Source: Bdellovibrionales bacterium
Lineage (GTDB): Bacteria; Bdellovibrionota; Bdellovibrionia; Bdellovibrionales; UBA1609
NCBI GenBank assembly: GCA_965261545.1
Contig: CBDHDF010000007.1
Location: 448,001-512,000, forward strand
Direction of reading: 5' to 3'
Length of the DNA stretch: 64,000 nt
Position numbers and translations under genes: made by a program. The notes below the pieces were generated by a model. That model was not told the origin of the DNA. It ran no database searches and was given only the letters and a program-made list of their open reading frames with translations. Positions 52,082-61,821 of this stretch are shown here, piece by piece (the first letter of the stretch is position 1; each line of letters starts with the position of its first letter).

Positions 52082-53500
52082 TTATCCACCTTGGATCCCT
52101 TTGGACTTTTCAATCATCTTGTAAAAATCTTGAAATAAATAATAGCTATCGTGGGGGCCAGGAGAACTCTCGGGGTGGTATTGAACAGCAAATGCGTACT
52201 TATCCTTACGACGAATTCCCTCTACACTCCCATCAAAGATGGATTCATGGGTAATCTCCACATTTTCAGGAACATCTTTTCTGCTCACACAAAATCCATG
52301 GTTTTGGCTCGTGATCTCAACCTTATTGGTGAGGAGGTTCCTCACAGGGTGATTCCCGCCACGATGCCCACGGTGGAGTTTCACCGTCTTGAGCCCAGAA
52401 GCAAGGGCGAGAAGCTGCTGACCTAGACAAACACCAAAAAGAGGTATGTTGCGCTCTAAAATACCCTCAATGACCTGACGCACATACTCGGAAGTCTTAA
52501 AGGGATCCCCCGGCCCATTGGAAAGAAAAACACCATCGGGCTTGTACAGAACCAACTCCTCAATGTGAGTGAGAGCAGGTACCACAGTGACCCAAAAGCC
52601 AGACTCCACAAGACAGCGGAGAATATTTGTCTTCACCCCATAATCAATAACAACCACATGGTATTCACCACTAGGGTTGAATTCGCCACTATGTGAAGAT
52701 TTATAATTCTTTAAAGGTTCGCCACTATATGATGAAGATTTATAATTCTTTAAAGATTCGCCACTGTGTGAAGATTCGTAACTCTTTGGCCGGTCCCGAG
52801 ACCATCTATAGGCTCCTTCCTTCCAAGAATAAGGCTCTTCCATACTCACCTTGGCAGCCAAGTCCTTACCCAAAAGGGTGGACTCCCCCTTGACTTCTTC
52901 ACACAGATTAACCACAGAAACCACTTCACCTGGGGAAGCAAAATAGATCATGGCGCTACGAGCGCCCTTTCTTCGCACATTGCAGGTAATCGCCCGAGTA
53001 TCTACTCCACAGATACCCACAATTGCCTGCCCCTCCAGCCAAGAAGTAAAAGACTCTGATGCCCTAAAATTCGATGGAACCGTAATAGGTTCCCTTAAAA
53101 TGACCCCCTTGCAGAAGGCCTGCCGAGACTCCTGATCCCAGTCATTACAACCCACATTGCCCACATGAGGAAAAGTAAAGTTAATAATCTGCCCGGCATA
53201 GGAGGGGTCTGTTATGATTTCTTGATACCCCACCATAGAGACGTTGAAGCAAACCTCTCCTTTAGCCTTGCCTCGGGCCCCCTGTCCCTTACCCAGCCAA
53301 AAATCACCATCAGAAAGGACAAGGACCGCATCAACAATTTCATTGGCCGTAAAAGAAATAAGCGACTGTTGAGGCGCCATTCCCATTTGCGGAATCGACG
53401 AACATGAACTTGGACTTGGCTGACTCGACGTATGTTGATTCGAAGGTTGATTCGAAGGAAATGGGTTTGACTGAAATTGACTTGAAACACCCTTCGCCAC
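52082..53500 (-). CDS. carA: carbamoyl-phosphate synthase small subunit
   Basis: GYQEIITDPSY, SNGPGDP, GVCLG, SQNHGF, QYHPE. Confidence 0.95.
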   Translation of the reverse strand: MAKGVSSQFQSNPFPSNQPSNQHTSSQPSPSSCSSIPQMGMAPQQSLISFTANEIVDAVLVLSDGDFWLGKGQGARGKAKGEVCFNVSMVGYQEIITDPSYAGQIINFTFPHVGNVGCNDWDQESRQAFCKGVILREPITVPSNFRASESFTSWLEGQAIVGICGVDTRAITCNVRRKGARSAMIYFASPGEVVSVVNLCEEVKGESTLLGKDLAAKVSMEEPYSWKEGAYRWSRDRPKSYESSHSGESLKNYKSSSYSGEPLKNYKSSHSGEFNPSGEYHVVVIDYGVKTNILRCLVESGFWVTVVPALTHIEELVLYKPDGVFLSNGPGDPFKTSEYVRQVIEGILERNIPLFGVCLGQQLLALASGLKTVKLHRGHRGGNHPVRNLLTNKVEITSQNHGFCVSRKDVPENVEITHESIFDGSVEGIRRKDKYAFAVQYHPESSPGPHDSYYLFQDFYKMIEKSKGIQGG

Positions 53501-53558
53501 AGTGACTACAACACTCTCTCACTTTGGATAAAGAATCAATAAGAATCATAGCCTCCAT

Positions 53559-55241
53559 TCACCCATTTTCTATGCACCGCAAAGGAGTCCTCTTTGTATC
53601 ATGGGGGAATTCCACAGGGGGATAGACCTTCACCCCCTCCATGCTAGAAACCCTATACCCATGAACGACAGGAGTTCCATAGCGCCTGCGAAACTCCATC
53701 CCTTTCATCATCTTGTAGTTCATTATAGGAGTTCCCATCCACTGCTTGGGAAACACCACCAAAGACCTCCCTAAAACTTCTTCACCTTGAACCGCCCTTC
53801 GTTGAACAGTGAGGTCACTGGCCCACACCCACATGCCTTGCTCCCTCTTAACGTAAGAGCCCATGGAGTGAGATATTTCCTTTGAACAATAAAGTCGAGG
53901 AATATTCACCCATATTCTAAGACTTACAGTTTGATGGGGTGGAAGCTTTATGAAAAAGCCATGCTCTTTCCTCTTACCACGACCATCCTCTTTTTTCTTC
54001 ACCAGTCTCTCCACCAAAAAAACAGGATCCCATTGAAATTCAGCCTCTTTAATGAAGTCCGCCACGGGAGTAACTCCATTGACTTTAGCAGCCTCAATGG
54101 GCCAGTAGTGGACAGAGTGAGGGTAAGAAGAAGTCGACGTAGCAGAGGACGTCGCCGCAGGAGAAGTGTCCGGGACCCACAAGTGAAGGGGCACAGGGTG
54201 AGGGTTGTGTATGTGAAGAGCCTGCACAGGCACTCTTTGAGCCACCCCGGGTCGATACCCATGGGGAACCAAGGGCTGCTGACTGATCTCTGCTTGTAAA
54301 ACGGGAAACTCAAGCTTGAAATTCTTTGAAAGAAATTTCACATAAGAAACATTCCCATGGAGCCCCTTGCTCTCCTTGCCCTCCTCCCGTTTCTCAGCCA
54401 CCACAAATCGACACTCTCTTTGAGGCTCGCTCAGAAGTTCTATCAAAAAATGCTCTCCATACTTGGAGGCCAAAAGGGACGGAATATCTTCTTCTATAAA
54501 TTCTAGGGGAAGGGGGGAGATTTGAAAGGCTTCACAAAAGAGATAAGACCGCCAGAGGTCTGTTTTTCTGATATTTTCAAAGATTTTTGCAAAACCGCTT
54601 ATTTTTATGATTTCGCCCAACTTTGGCTCTGATACAAAAACAGGTATTTGAGAAGGCTGCATAGACTCATAAATATCAGAGGATCCGAAAATCGAAATCT
54701 CTCTAAAATCAAAAGAATGTTTGACCCCATCTTTATTTTCAACAGTAAAGTCCATATTACAAACCATGAGCAGTTTCTCGTCTTGACCAAGGGGGAGGTG
54801 AATATCCTTGTACATTTGACGTGGAATAAGCTCCCAAAAGTTCAACCACGGTCTAAGTTCTCTCACCCAAGACTCTTCCACAGGCTGTAGGTGGGGATCA
54901 TTGCTTCTTCTCTTCCACAAAAGTCTCTTTGCACCACCACGGCCCATGGAAGATTTACCATCTCTCCACTCCTTGATAGAACCCACAGAATTTATAGAAT
55001 CCACAGAGTGGTCAAGCCTTCCCAGACCCAATTTGGCACTTTGCTCCCTTGTGTAACATGAACTTTTTATAGCCAAGATGGCTTTGGCGGGGATTTCTAA
55101 AAACCTTATTCCATAGGTTATCTTGAGAGGAGGAGTGGCGGCTTCATTAAAGGTTTTGACAGGCCAACTCTGACTTTGATCTTTGTGGGTGAACACCTGA
55201 GGCTCCTTACTTGAATTCGTGGCCATTTTTATACACAACAT
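53559..55241 (-). CDS. hypothetical protein, probably 5'-truncated
   Basis: 560-aa ORF whose first codons fall in AT-rich IS-adjacent sequence. Confidence 0.55.
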   Translation of the reverse strand: MLCIKMATNSSKEPQVFTHKDQSQSWPVKTFNEAATPPLKITYGIRFLEIPAKAILAIKSSCYTREQSAKLGLGRLDHSVDSINSVGSIKEWRDGKSSMGRGGAKRLLWKRRSNDPHLQPVEESWVRELRPWLNFWELIPRQMYKDIHLPLGQDEKLLMVCNMDFTVENKDGVKHSFDFREISIFGSSDIYESMQPSQIPVFVSEPKLGEIIKISGFAKIFENIRKTDLWRSYLFCEAFQISPLPLEFIEEDIPSLLASKYGEHFLIELLSEPQRECRFVVAEKREEGKESKGLHGNVSYVKFLSKNFKLEFPVLQAEISQQPLVPHGYRPGVAQRVPVQALHIHNPHPVPLHLWVPDTSPAATSSATSTSSYPHSVHYWPIEAAKVNGVTPVADFIKEAEFQWDPVFLVERLVKKKEDGRGKRKEHGFFIKLPPHQTVSLRIWVNIPRLYCSKEISHSMGSYVKREQGMWVWASDLTVQRRAVQGEEVLGRSLVVFPKQWMGTPIMNYKMMKGMEFRRRYGTPVVHGYRVSSMEGVKVYPPVEFPHDTKRTPLRCIENG

Positions 55242-56522
55242 TTATAGACTATCTTTATATTTTTTCATAACATGCCCTTCTCCTTCTGAAAAATCATTAT
55301 TTTTTTAGAAAATTCTCATAAATTACTATTGCCTCCCTTTATTTTGTTGTGTATAAATTATACACAACACTAGTGAGAGGGGAAATATGAGTTACATCAG
55401 AAAAATAAAAAAAATGGAAAAACATATTTAGCAGAAGTAGAAGGTAAGAGAATTAATGGAAAAGTAGTACAGAAACATATTCGTTACATTGGGAAAGAGG
55501 TAGATGAAAAAAAGGTAATATCGATATCATCTGATGACCTTCAAGTCAATGAGGTGAAAGTATATGGACCATTATTGGTTTTAGATAGTATTTCTAAAAA
55601 ATTAGAACTACAAAATATGTTGGGGTCTTACTCTAATGAAATATTAAGTATGGTATATGCCCACTGTCTAAACTATCAGAGCCTAAATAATATGCCTGAA
55701 TGGTTTGAGAGAACAGATTTAAATAATATATTGGATTTAGATGGTTTAACAGAATATCGGTTGCTAACATCTCTAGATACTTTAACTGAAAGTAAGATAG
55801 AGTCTATTCAGAGGAATGTATTTAATGTTGCCAAAAGAAAATATAAGCTGTCTTTGCGAGGAATGGTGTATGATGTTACTAATACATATTTATATGGGAA
55901 AAAATGCACAATAGGAAAGCTAGGTCATAGCAAAGAAGGAAAAAAAGATAAACCGCTTATTCAAGTAGGTCTATGTGTAACTCAGAAAGAAGGGGTTCCT
56001 GTTTTCCACAAGACATTTGATGGAAATATTGCCGACAGCAAAACCCTATCTGGCAGATTTAAATAATATATTGGATTTAGATGGTTTAACTTGTACAAGA
56101 ATTCTCTCACTATAATCTCCGCTCAGGTCTTCTTGTGTATGATAGAGGAATTCCTTCTGGAGAAAACCTAAGAGAGGTCAAGAAATTGGGGTGGAACACG
56201 CTATGTGGAGTTCCAATGAACAGTAAAGAAAAAAGCACAGTCCGAGAGGTTATAAATGATGGTGGGATAAAAAATGTTTCAAATATGATCCCATTAGAGA
56301 AAAGAGTATTCTCATAGGTGTTCGTGGTTTTTTTCTAATTTTAATTCCGAATTAATGGAAATACTTTTCAAGCCTCCTTTTTTACATAGAGGGAAGTGGG
56401 CGATTTATAAATATTTATAGATGGTATTTTGAGAAATGGACGCAGATTGACATTTGATATCCACGACAAGCCATGTGTTTTAAGAGACTTAATTGTGTAA
56501 CGAAAGAACTGTGGACTTTTGG

Positions 56523-58410
56523 GAGCCTGTAAACTATTTTGTGTAACTGCCGAATCATATTAGGATGAACTATCATCCTGAAAGGAGAAGGCAGAATGGA
56601 TATCAAGACAATAGGCAAGGAACTAGCGAAGAACGTCAAGACCCAAAAGGATTTATCCGACATAACGGGTCAACTGATGAAGGTTGTTTTAGAGACGGCC
56701 CTTAATGCGGAAATGGACGATCACCTAGGTTATGAGAGGCATGAGAAGTCTGAGACCCGCAAATCCAACACTCGCAATGGTTACAGTAGAAAGACCATAA
56801 AGGGAGAGAAAGGCGAGGTGGAGCTTCAGGTCCCCCGTGACCGAAGTGCCTCCTTTGAACCTCAAGTCATTCCCAAGGGTAAGACTCGTCTTGAGGGCTT
56901 TGAAGACAGTATCCTGACCCTCTATGCGAGGGGAATGACGACCAGGGATATTCAAGGAGCTATCAAAGACCTCTACCATGGTGCAGAGATATCCCACTCA
57001 GTGATAGCCAACGTGACGGATGCTGTTATTGATGAAGTTACGGCTTGGCAGAACCGCCCCTTGGATAGCACTTACCCTATCGTATTTTTGGACTGTATCG
57101 TGGTGAAGGTCCATCAAGACAAGAGAGTTATTAATAAGGCGATTTACCTAGCTCTTGGTATTACAGAGGAGGGTCAGAAAGACTTGTTGGGCCTATGGAT
57201 TTCTGAAAATGAGGGTTCAAAGTTTTGGTTGAGTGTTTTGACTGAGCTGCAAAATCGAGGGTTGAAAGATGTATTTATATTTTCTGTAGATGGTCTTACA
57301 GGTTTTCCTCAAGCCATTTCAGCGGCTTTTCCCAAGTCTAAAGTGCAACTGTGCATTGTCCATATGGTCCGCAATTCCCTTCGCTATGTTCCTTCCAAGG
57401 ATATGAAAGCTGTCGCCCAAGACCTCAAGTCCATTTATGGCTCTACGACTCTGACAGAAGCTGAAAAGGCCCTTGAGGAATTTTGTACCAAGTGGTCTTC
57501 AAAGTATCCTAATATTGAAAAGTCTTGGCGTAGGAATTGGGACAATCTCATCACTATTTTCGATTATCCGGATGAAATCAGAAAGATTTTTTATACCACA
57601 AACGCCATAGAGTCGTTAAATAGCGTGATCCGCAAGGCGATCAGAAATCGTAAGATATTTCCCAGTGATCGGTCGGCTTTAAAAGTTGTATATTTAGCGA
57701 TAAAAATGGCCTCTAAGCGATGGACACGACCATTACACAACTGGAAGCCAGCCATGAACAGGTTTGCCATTGAATACGGTGACCGTTTTGACAACTAAGT
57801 TTTTTAATAAGGTCCACCACCTGCCTTATAAGGGGGCTTAAAAGCCCCTCTAAGGCGTTGACAGAAGTACTGGAATACCGAGACTATGGTTAGGGTAATA
57901 TAGTATGGGAACCTAAATACATGCCCTCTTGGTGCAGATTTGGGTTTCCATTTTTTTTCATATTTCATCCCAATTCTGGTATTTCTCGAATATCCTAAGT
58001 TAAAAAAAATAAAAAAAAGGGGGTAATATAGTATGGGAACCTAAACACATGAACCCTTTGATGAGATTGGAATTTCCATTTTTTTGAGAGAGCCATTGCT
58101 GATTTTTTTTCAACCAAGATGATAATTATTTATTTGAGTTCTTTCCAGTTCTGATATGATCCCATTACGGCTCCATAATACAATCAAAAGTCCAGAGTAA
58201 CTAAAGAGGCCATTATATAGACCAGCGAAGATGTCCACCTCCCCATTAACTTATAATGCATTGTGACTGACAAAATCGCTTGAAGGAAAAAATGTCAATT
58301 ATACATTGACGAATAATATGGGACTGTGCTTTTTACCAGGAGTGGAGCCACATAAGTGGCTTTAAGATTTAAGAAAAAAATTGCAGTTACACAATTATTT
58401 TTACAGTCCC
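56523..58410 (+). mobile_element. IS256-family element
   Basis: Imperfect 28-bp IRs (GAGCCTGTAAA..TTGTGTAACTGC / GGGACTGTAAA..TTGTGTAACTGC); 8-bp TSD ACTTTTGG. Confidence 0.92.
56596..57798 (+). CDS. IS256 transposase
   Basis: RNGY, VPRDR, LYARGMTTRDI, DGLTG, QLCIVH, YTTNAIES. Confidence 0.95.
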   Translation: MDIKTIGKELAKNVKTQKDLSDITGQLMKVVLETALNAEMDDHLGYERHEKSETRKSNTRNGYSRKTIKGEKGEVELQVPRDRSASFEPQVIPKGKTRLEGFEDSILTLYARGMTTRDIQGAIKDLYHGAEISHSVIANVTDAVIDEVTAWQNRPLDSTYPIVFLDCIVVKVHQDKRVINKAIYLALGITEEGQKDLLGLWISENEGSKFWLSVLTELQNRGLKDVFIFSVDGLTGFPQAISAAFPKSKVQLCIVHMVRNSLRYVPSKDMKAVAQDLKSIYGSTTLTEAEKALEEFCTKWSSKYPNIEKSWRRNWDNLITIFDYPDEIRKIFYTTNAIESLNSVIRKAIRNRKIFPSDRSALKVVYLAIKMASKRWTRPLHNWKPAMNRFAIEYGDRFDN

Positions 58411-58849
58411 ACTTTTGGGAACAACAGAATTTAAATTTCTTTCCACTTCCGCATGGACAGGATTGATTTCTTCCAATTTTTTCGCTTTGGTCATTTTTCT
58501 GCTGTGATGCAGACATATCTTCAGTTACAATTTTTTTTTGCTTTTCATCTTCCAAATCCTCATCCAAATTATCAAAAAGAATATCTCCTAGATTCTGGTG
58601 AAAGTAACGATTTTTAAATTGAGATATGAGCATCATAAAAATACATGTAAGAACCAAAAGTGTGAGTGAAGCAAAAAACAAAGAAGATGCTTGCATCTGA
58701 GTTAATGGGAGGATGAGTGCCAGTAAATAACCAAATCCAAATACCAATAAGGAAATAAGAAGAGATATAAAGGATCCCAAAGAAAGTAATATTAAAAGTC
58801 CAAAAATCATTGCTATTTTTTGCTCCTGTCGAATACAATGAATCCGCAT
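58295..58849 (-). CDS. small membrane protein with SEC-C motif (passenger; C-terminus altered by IS256)
   Basis: 2-3 TM segments, acidic linker, KIGRNQSCPCGSGKKFKFCC. Confidence 0.8.
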   Translation of the reverse strand: MRIHCIRQEQKIAMIFGLLILLSLGSFISLLISLLVFGFGYLLALILPLTQMQASSLFFASLTLLVLTCIFMMLISQFKNRYFHQNLGDILFDNLDEDLEDEKQKKIVTEDMSASQQKNDQSEKIGRNQSCPCGSGKKFKFCCSQKWDCKNNCVTAIFFLNLKATYVAPLLVKSTVPYYSSMYN

Positions 58850-58954
58850 AGATACAAGTGAGTTATCTACAGACTTAATGATTCTCGCGTTAGTATCTTA
58901 ATAGGTCAAGATTAATTGGAGGAAATTTTTATTTTTTAAACGCAGGGGGCAAAT

Positions 58955-60199
58955 ATGAGCACGGAAGCTCAAACACTTAAAACGATCAAAAAATGTTTCA
59001 AGAAAGTTATTCCTGAAAAGGACTCTCGGGCAACCATTCCACCTCTTGAGTTTATTGTGGCTCTTGTCTTGTCATTCCAGGGAGACTCTAAGACATATTC
59101 AATAGAGGGAATTAGGAGGTTTATGATAAGTCATTTAGGATTAAGAATTGAAAGACACAGCTTCTGGGAAAGACTCTCTAGAAAAAGATTAAAAGAGCTT
59201 CTGAGTAAACTGGTTGAAATGCTCATGATAAAGCTATCTCATGGAGCTTTTCATGGGAGCAAAGCCATATTATTACAACTGGGAGTCTCAGACGTTCTTC
59301 TTGTTGACTCAAGCACAATAAGCCTTTGGGATGGAGCATCTGAGAATTTTCCAGGGACAAGAACAAACGCAGGAATTAAATGGCACGCTTGTTTCAGTTT
59401 ATTCAGTGGTATAATGACTTGGTTCGAATTAACTCCGTCTTCCACTAACGATAGGAAGTGCTTTCCTGATATAAAGGAACTCGTTGGAAAATTAGTCATC
59501 TTTGATTTGGGATATTGGGACTATGGCTTATTGTCATCTATTCATGAAGCTAAAGGATTTTTCTTGTCTAGAGTGAAGTCAAATGCCTCTATTCTTATTG
59601 ATGCTGTTGTTGAAGGTTTGCCAGATTACTATGTTGGAAAAGAGTTCTCTGATATTAAACTCAAGAAAAAAAACGATGTTGTTGAATTTATAGGCAGTGT
59701 CTTGTCCAATGGTAAATGGGTAAGTTTGAGAATTGTAGGCTTCTGGAATTCCTCCGAAAAACGCTATCATTGGTATTGCACGAATTTAGATGTGGCAGCG
59801 GAGTCCATATATCCAATTTATCGTTTACGTTGGCAATGTGAACTTATTTTCAAATCTTGTAAGAATTCTTTGAATGCAAATCAGATCACCTCAAACGATC
59901 AAAATATCATAGAGAGTCTTCTTCTTGCTTCATTAGCGGCTCACCTCACATCAAGTGTTGTTTTGAGGATAGGAAGAACTAAACTCAATAAGGAACAAAA
60001 TGACTCCACATCGTTTCAAAGAGTTGCTAAGGTTACCGTCTTATTAGCCTCTGATTTTATCAAATATCTCCTAAGCTCATCTCAAAAGTATTTAAATATT
60101 TTGATAGAGAAGATCAAGATATTCTCCCATGAAATTTATGACACAAACTACCGACGGCGAAAAACATCAATGAATATGGCTAAAAAGGTCTTGCTATGA
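58955..60199 (+). CDS. IS4-family transposase
   Basis: DSSTISL, GIKWH, FDLGY, FLSRVK, YRLRWQCELIFK. Confidence 0.92.
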   Translation: MSTEAQTLKTIKKCFKKVIPEKDSRATIPPLEFIVALVLSFQGDSKTYSIEGIRRFMISHLGLRIERHSFWERLSRKRLKELLSKLVEMLMIKLSHGAFHGSKAILLQLGVSDVLLVDSSTISLWDGASENFPGTRTNAGIKWHACFSLFSGIMTWFELTPSSTNDRKCFPDIKELVGKLVIFDLGYWDYGLLSSIHEAKGFFLSRVKSNASILIDAVVEGLPDYYVGKEFSDIKLKKKNDVVEFIGSVLSNGKWVSLRIVGFWNSSEKRYHWYCTNLDVAAESIYPIYRLRWQCELIFKSCKNSLNANQITSNDQNIIESLLLASLAAHLTSSVVLRIGRTKLNKEQNDSTSFQRVAKVTVLLASDFIKYLLSSSQKYLNILIEKIKIFSHEIYDTNYRRRKTSMNMAKKVLL

Positions 60200-60608
60200 A
60201 AGAATAAAAAACCACGAACACCTATGAGAGTATTCTATATAAAAAAAGTAGACTATTCATTTAACAGAGTTAAAGGAAAGTTGGCTATTTGTTATAATGA
60301 TCGGAAAAGAGTTGAAATACAAGAGTCTCGTCATCGTGAGATACAGCATGCTCAAAAATCATTATCTAAAGGGAAACCTATTAAGGCATGTTTAGAAAAG
60401 TATTTTACCCCCTCAGGAAGGATAAGGAAAAATATATTGGAGAGTGACGAAGAGATTGATGGATATTTTTGCCTTTTCTGCACAAAAAATATTCAAAACA
60501 AAGAAATGATAAAACTATACTTTGATAAAGATATAGTAGAAAAATCTTTTCGTACTTTGAAGGGAGTATCTAATTTGCGTCCAGTACGTCATTGGCTTTC
60601 AAATAGAG

Positions 60609-61733
60609 TTACTTGCTGGGCAAATCACCTGGAACCCGTCCCTCACAAATCGCCTGAACTATTTTCAAATGATTGGGGTGCCCAATCATAGAAAGCGACT
60701 GAGACAAGTGAGGTGGGTCGACTTGAGTGAGTCGAAAGGACTTTAACTCCATAATACGAGAGTAAGACTCTGCAACCCTCTGAGCTAAGGTGGGGTCTGA
60801 ATCAACAGCCGAGCGAAGACTTTCAAGAGCCACTCGAGGACTCTCAGGCTTGTTGCAGTAAAGCAAAATATCACAACCCGCCTTTAAAGCTTGGATGGGA
60901 ATGTCCTCACCCTTATGGTGAAGGCTAAGGGCTCCCATGTCCAAATCATCACTGACAATAAGGCCCTTATATCGAAGCTCTTCTCGTATCAAATCTTGTA
61001 AGAAGAACTTTGAGAAAGTCACGGGAGACTTTTCATCTATATTTGGAAAATGAATGTGAGCCGTCATGATAAGATCAATTTTAGTGCGAACAATCTTTTT
61101 AAAAACAAGTAACTCTCGATTTCTCAAGGTTTCCAAGTCGGCAAGCTCCACAGGAAGTTCCTCGTGACTATCAACTGTCGTGTTGCCATGGCCAGGAAAA
61201 TGCTTGGCACAGGGTAAGATATCCGATTTAATATACCCGCGAGCGAGGGCAGAAGAAATTTTACTAACAACTTCCTGGGTGATCCCTGGAGAACGGTCTC
61301 CAATGACTTCATTGGCCTCGTTCATAAGAATATCGGCACAGGGGGCAAAATTGAGATTAATACCCACAGATTTGAGTTCTGCGCCCATACAACGGGCAAA
61401 ATTAAAAGCTAGCAAGGTCGAATCTAAATCAGCCATTTTCCGAACAGATGGCCAGGAAGTAAAAGGAGGCTGAAGCCTTTGAACTCTTCCACCCTCCATA
61501 TCAACACCTATAAAAAAGGGGGCCTTTTCTGGAAGTTGGTACCTTAAAGCTTGCAGTTGACTACAGATTTTATGAACTTGCTCTGGTGATTCACAATTTC
61601 TTGAAAATAAGATGACACCACCCACATTGTTTTGGATGATAAAGTCAACCTCTTCCTTAGTGAGTTCTGTGCCAGAAATTCCTATAATAAATAATTGACC
61701 TATTTTATTATCTTTATCTTTCATTGGGACCAC
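60609..61733 (-). CDS. nagZ: beta-N-acetylhexosaminidase (GH3)
   Basis: GGVILFSRN, DMEGGRVQR, KHFPGHG..DSH, SDDLDM. Confidence 0.93.
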   Translation of the reverse strand: MVPMKDKDNKIGQLFIIGISGTELTKEEVDFIIQNNVGGVILFSRNCESPEQVHKICSQLQALRYQLPEKAPFFIGVDMEGGRVQRLQPPFTSWPSVRKMADLDSTLLAFNFARCMGAELKSVGINLNFAPCADILMNEANEVIGDRSPGITQEVVSKISSALARGYIKSDILPCAKHFPGHGNTTVDSHEELPVELADLETLRNRELLVFKKIVRTKIDLIMTAHIHFPNIDEKSPVTFSKFFLQDLIREELRYKGLIVSDDLDMGALSLHHKGEDIPIQALKAGCDILLYCNKPESPRVALESLRSAVDSDPTLAQRVAESYSRIMELKSFRLTQVDPPHLSQSLSMIGHPNHLKIVQAICEGRVPGDLPSK

Positions 61734-61821
61734 CTACGTTCGAGTTTGCTCATTCATTAAAATTATGTACTATAAGAAAGAGTTTGACAACATATCATTT
61801 TCCATGAATTTGCTAAGCCCT

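Larger units (their letters stand above)
56313..60226 (+). mobile_element. IS4/IS231-like element carrying a passenger gene
   Basis: 21-bp IR CATAGGTGTTCGTGGTTTTTT; 10-bp TSD AGAGTATTCT at 56303-56312 and 60227-60236. Confidence 0.92.
55387..60608 (+). pseudogene. IS1634-family transposase remnant (55387-56312 and 60237-60608)
   Basis: SYIRKIK..YLAEVE..RINGKVVQKHIRYIG, YDVTNTY, GHSK, DGNIAD, YDRG, VEKSFRTLK..LRPVRHW; frameshifts and a nested insertion. Confidence 0.85.

Noticed and set aside
51314..52138. 274-aa + strand ORF
   Set aside because: Antisense shadow of carB
55401..55415. Programmed frameshift in the A8 run of the IS1634 gene
   Set aside because: Cannot be told apart from homopolymer error or decay in an already broken gene
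60219..60226. CACCTATG shared by the IS4-like end and the IS110 end at 18501
   Set aside because: 8-bp match between unrelated families, each explained by its own end structure
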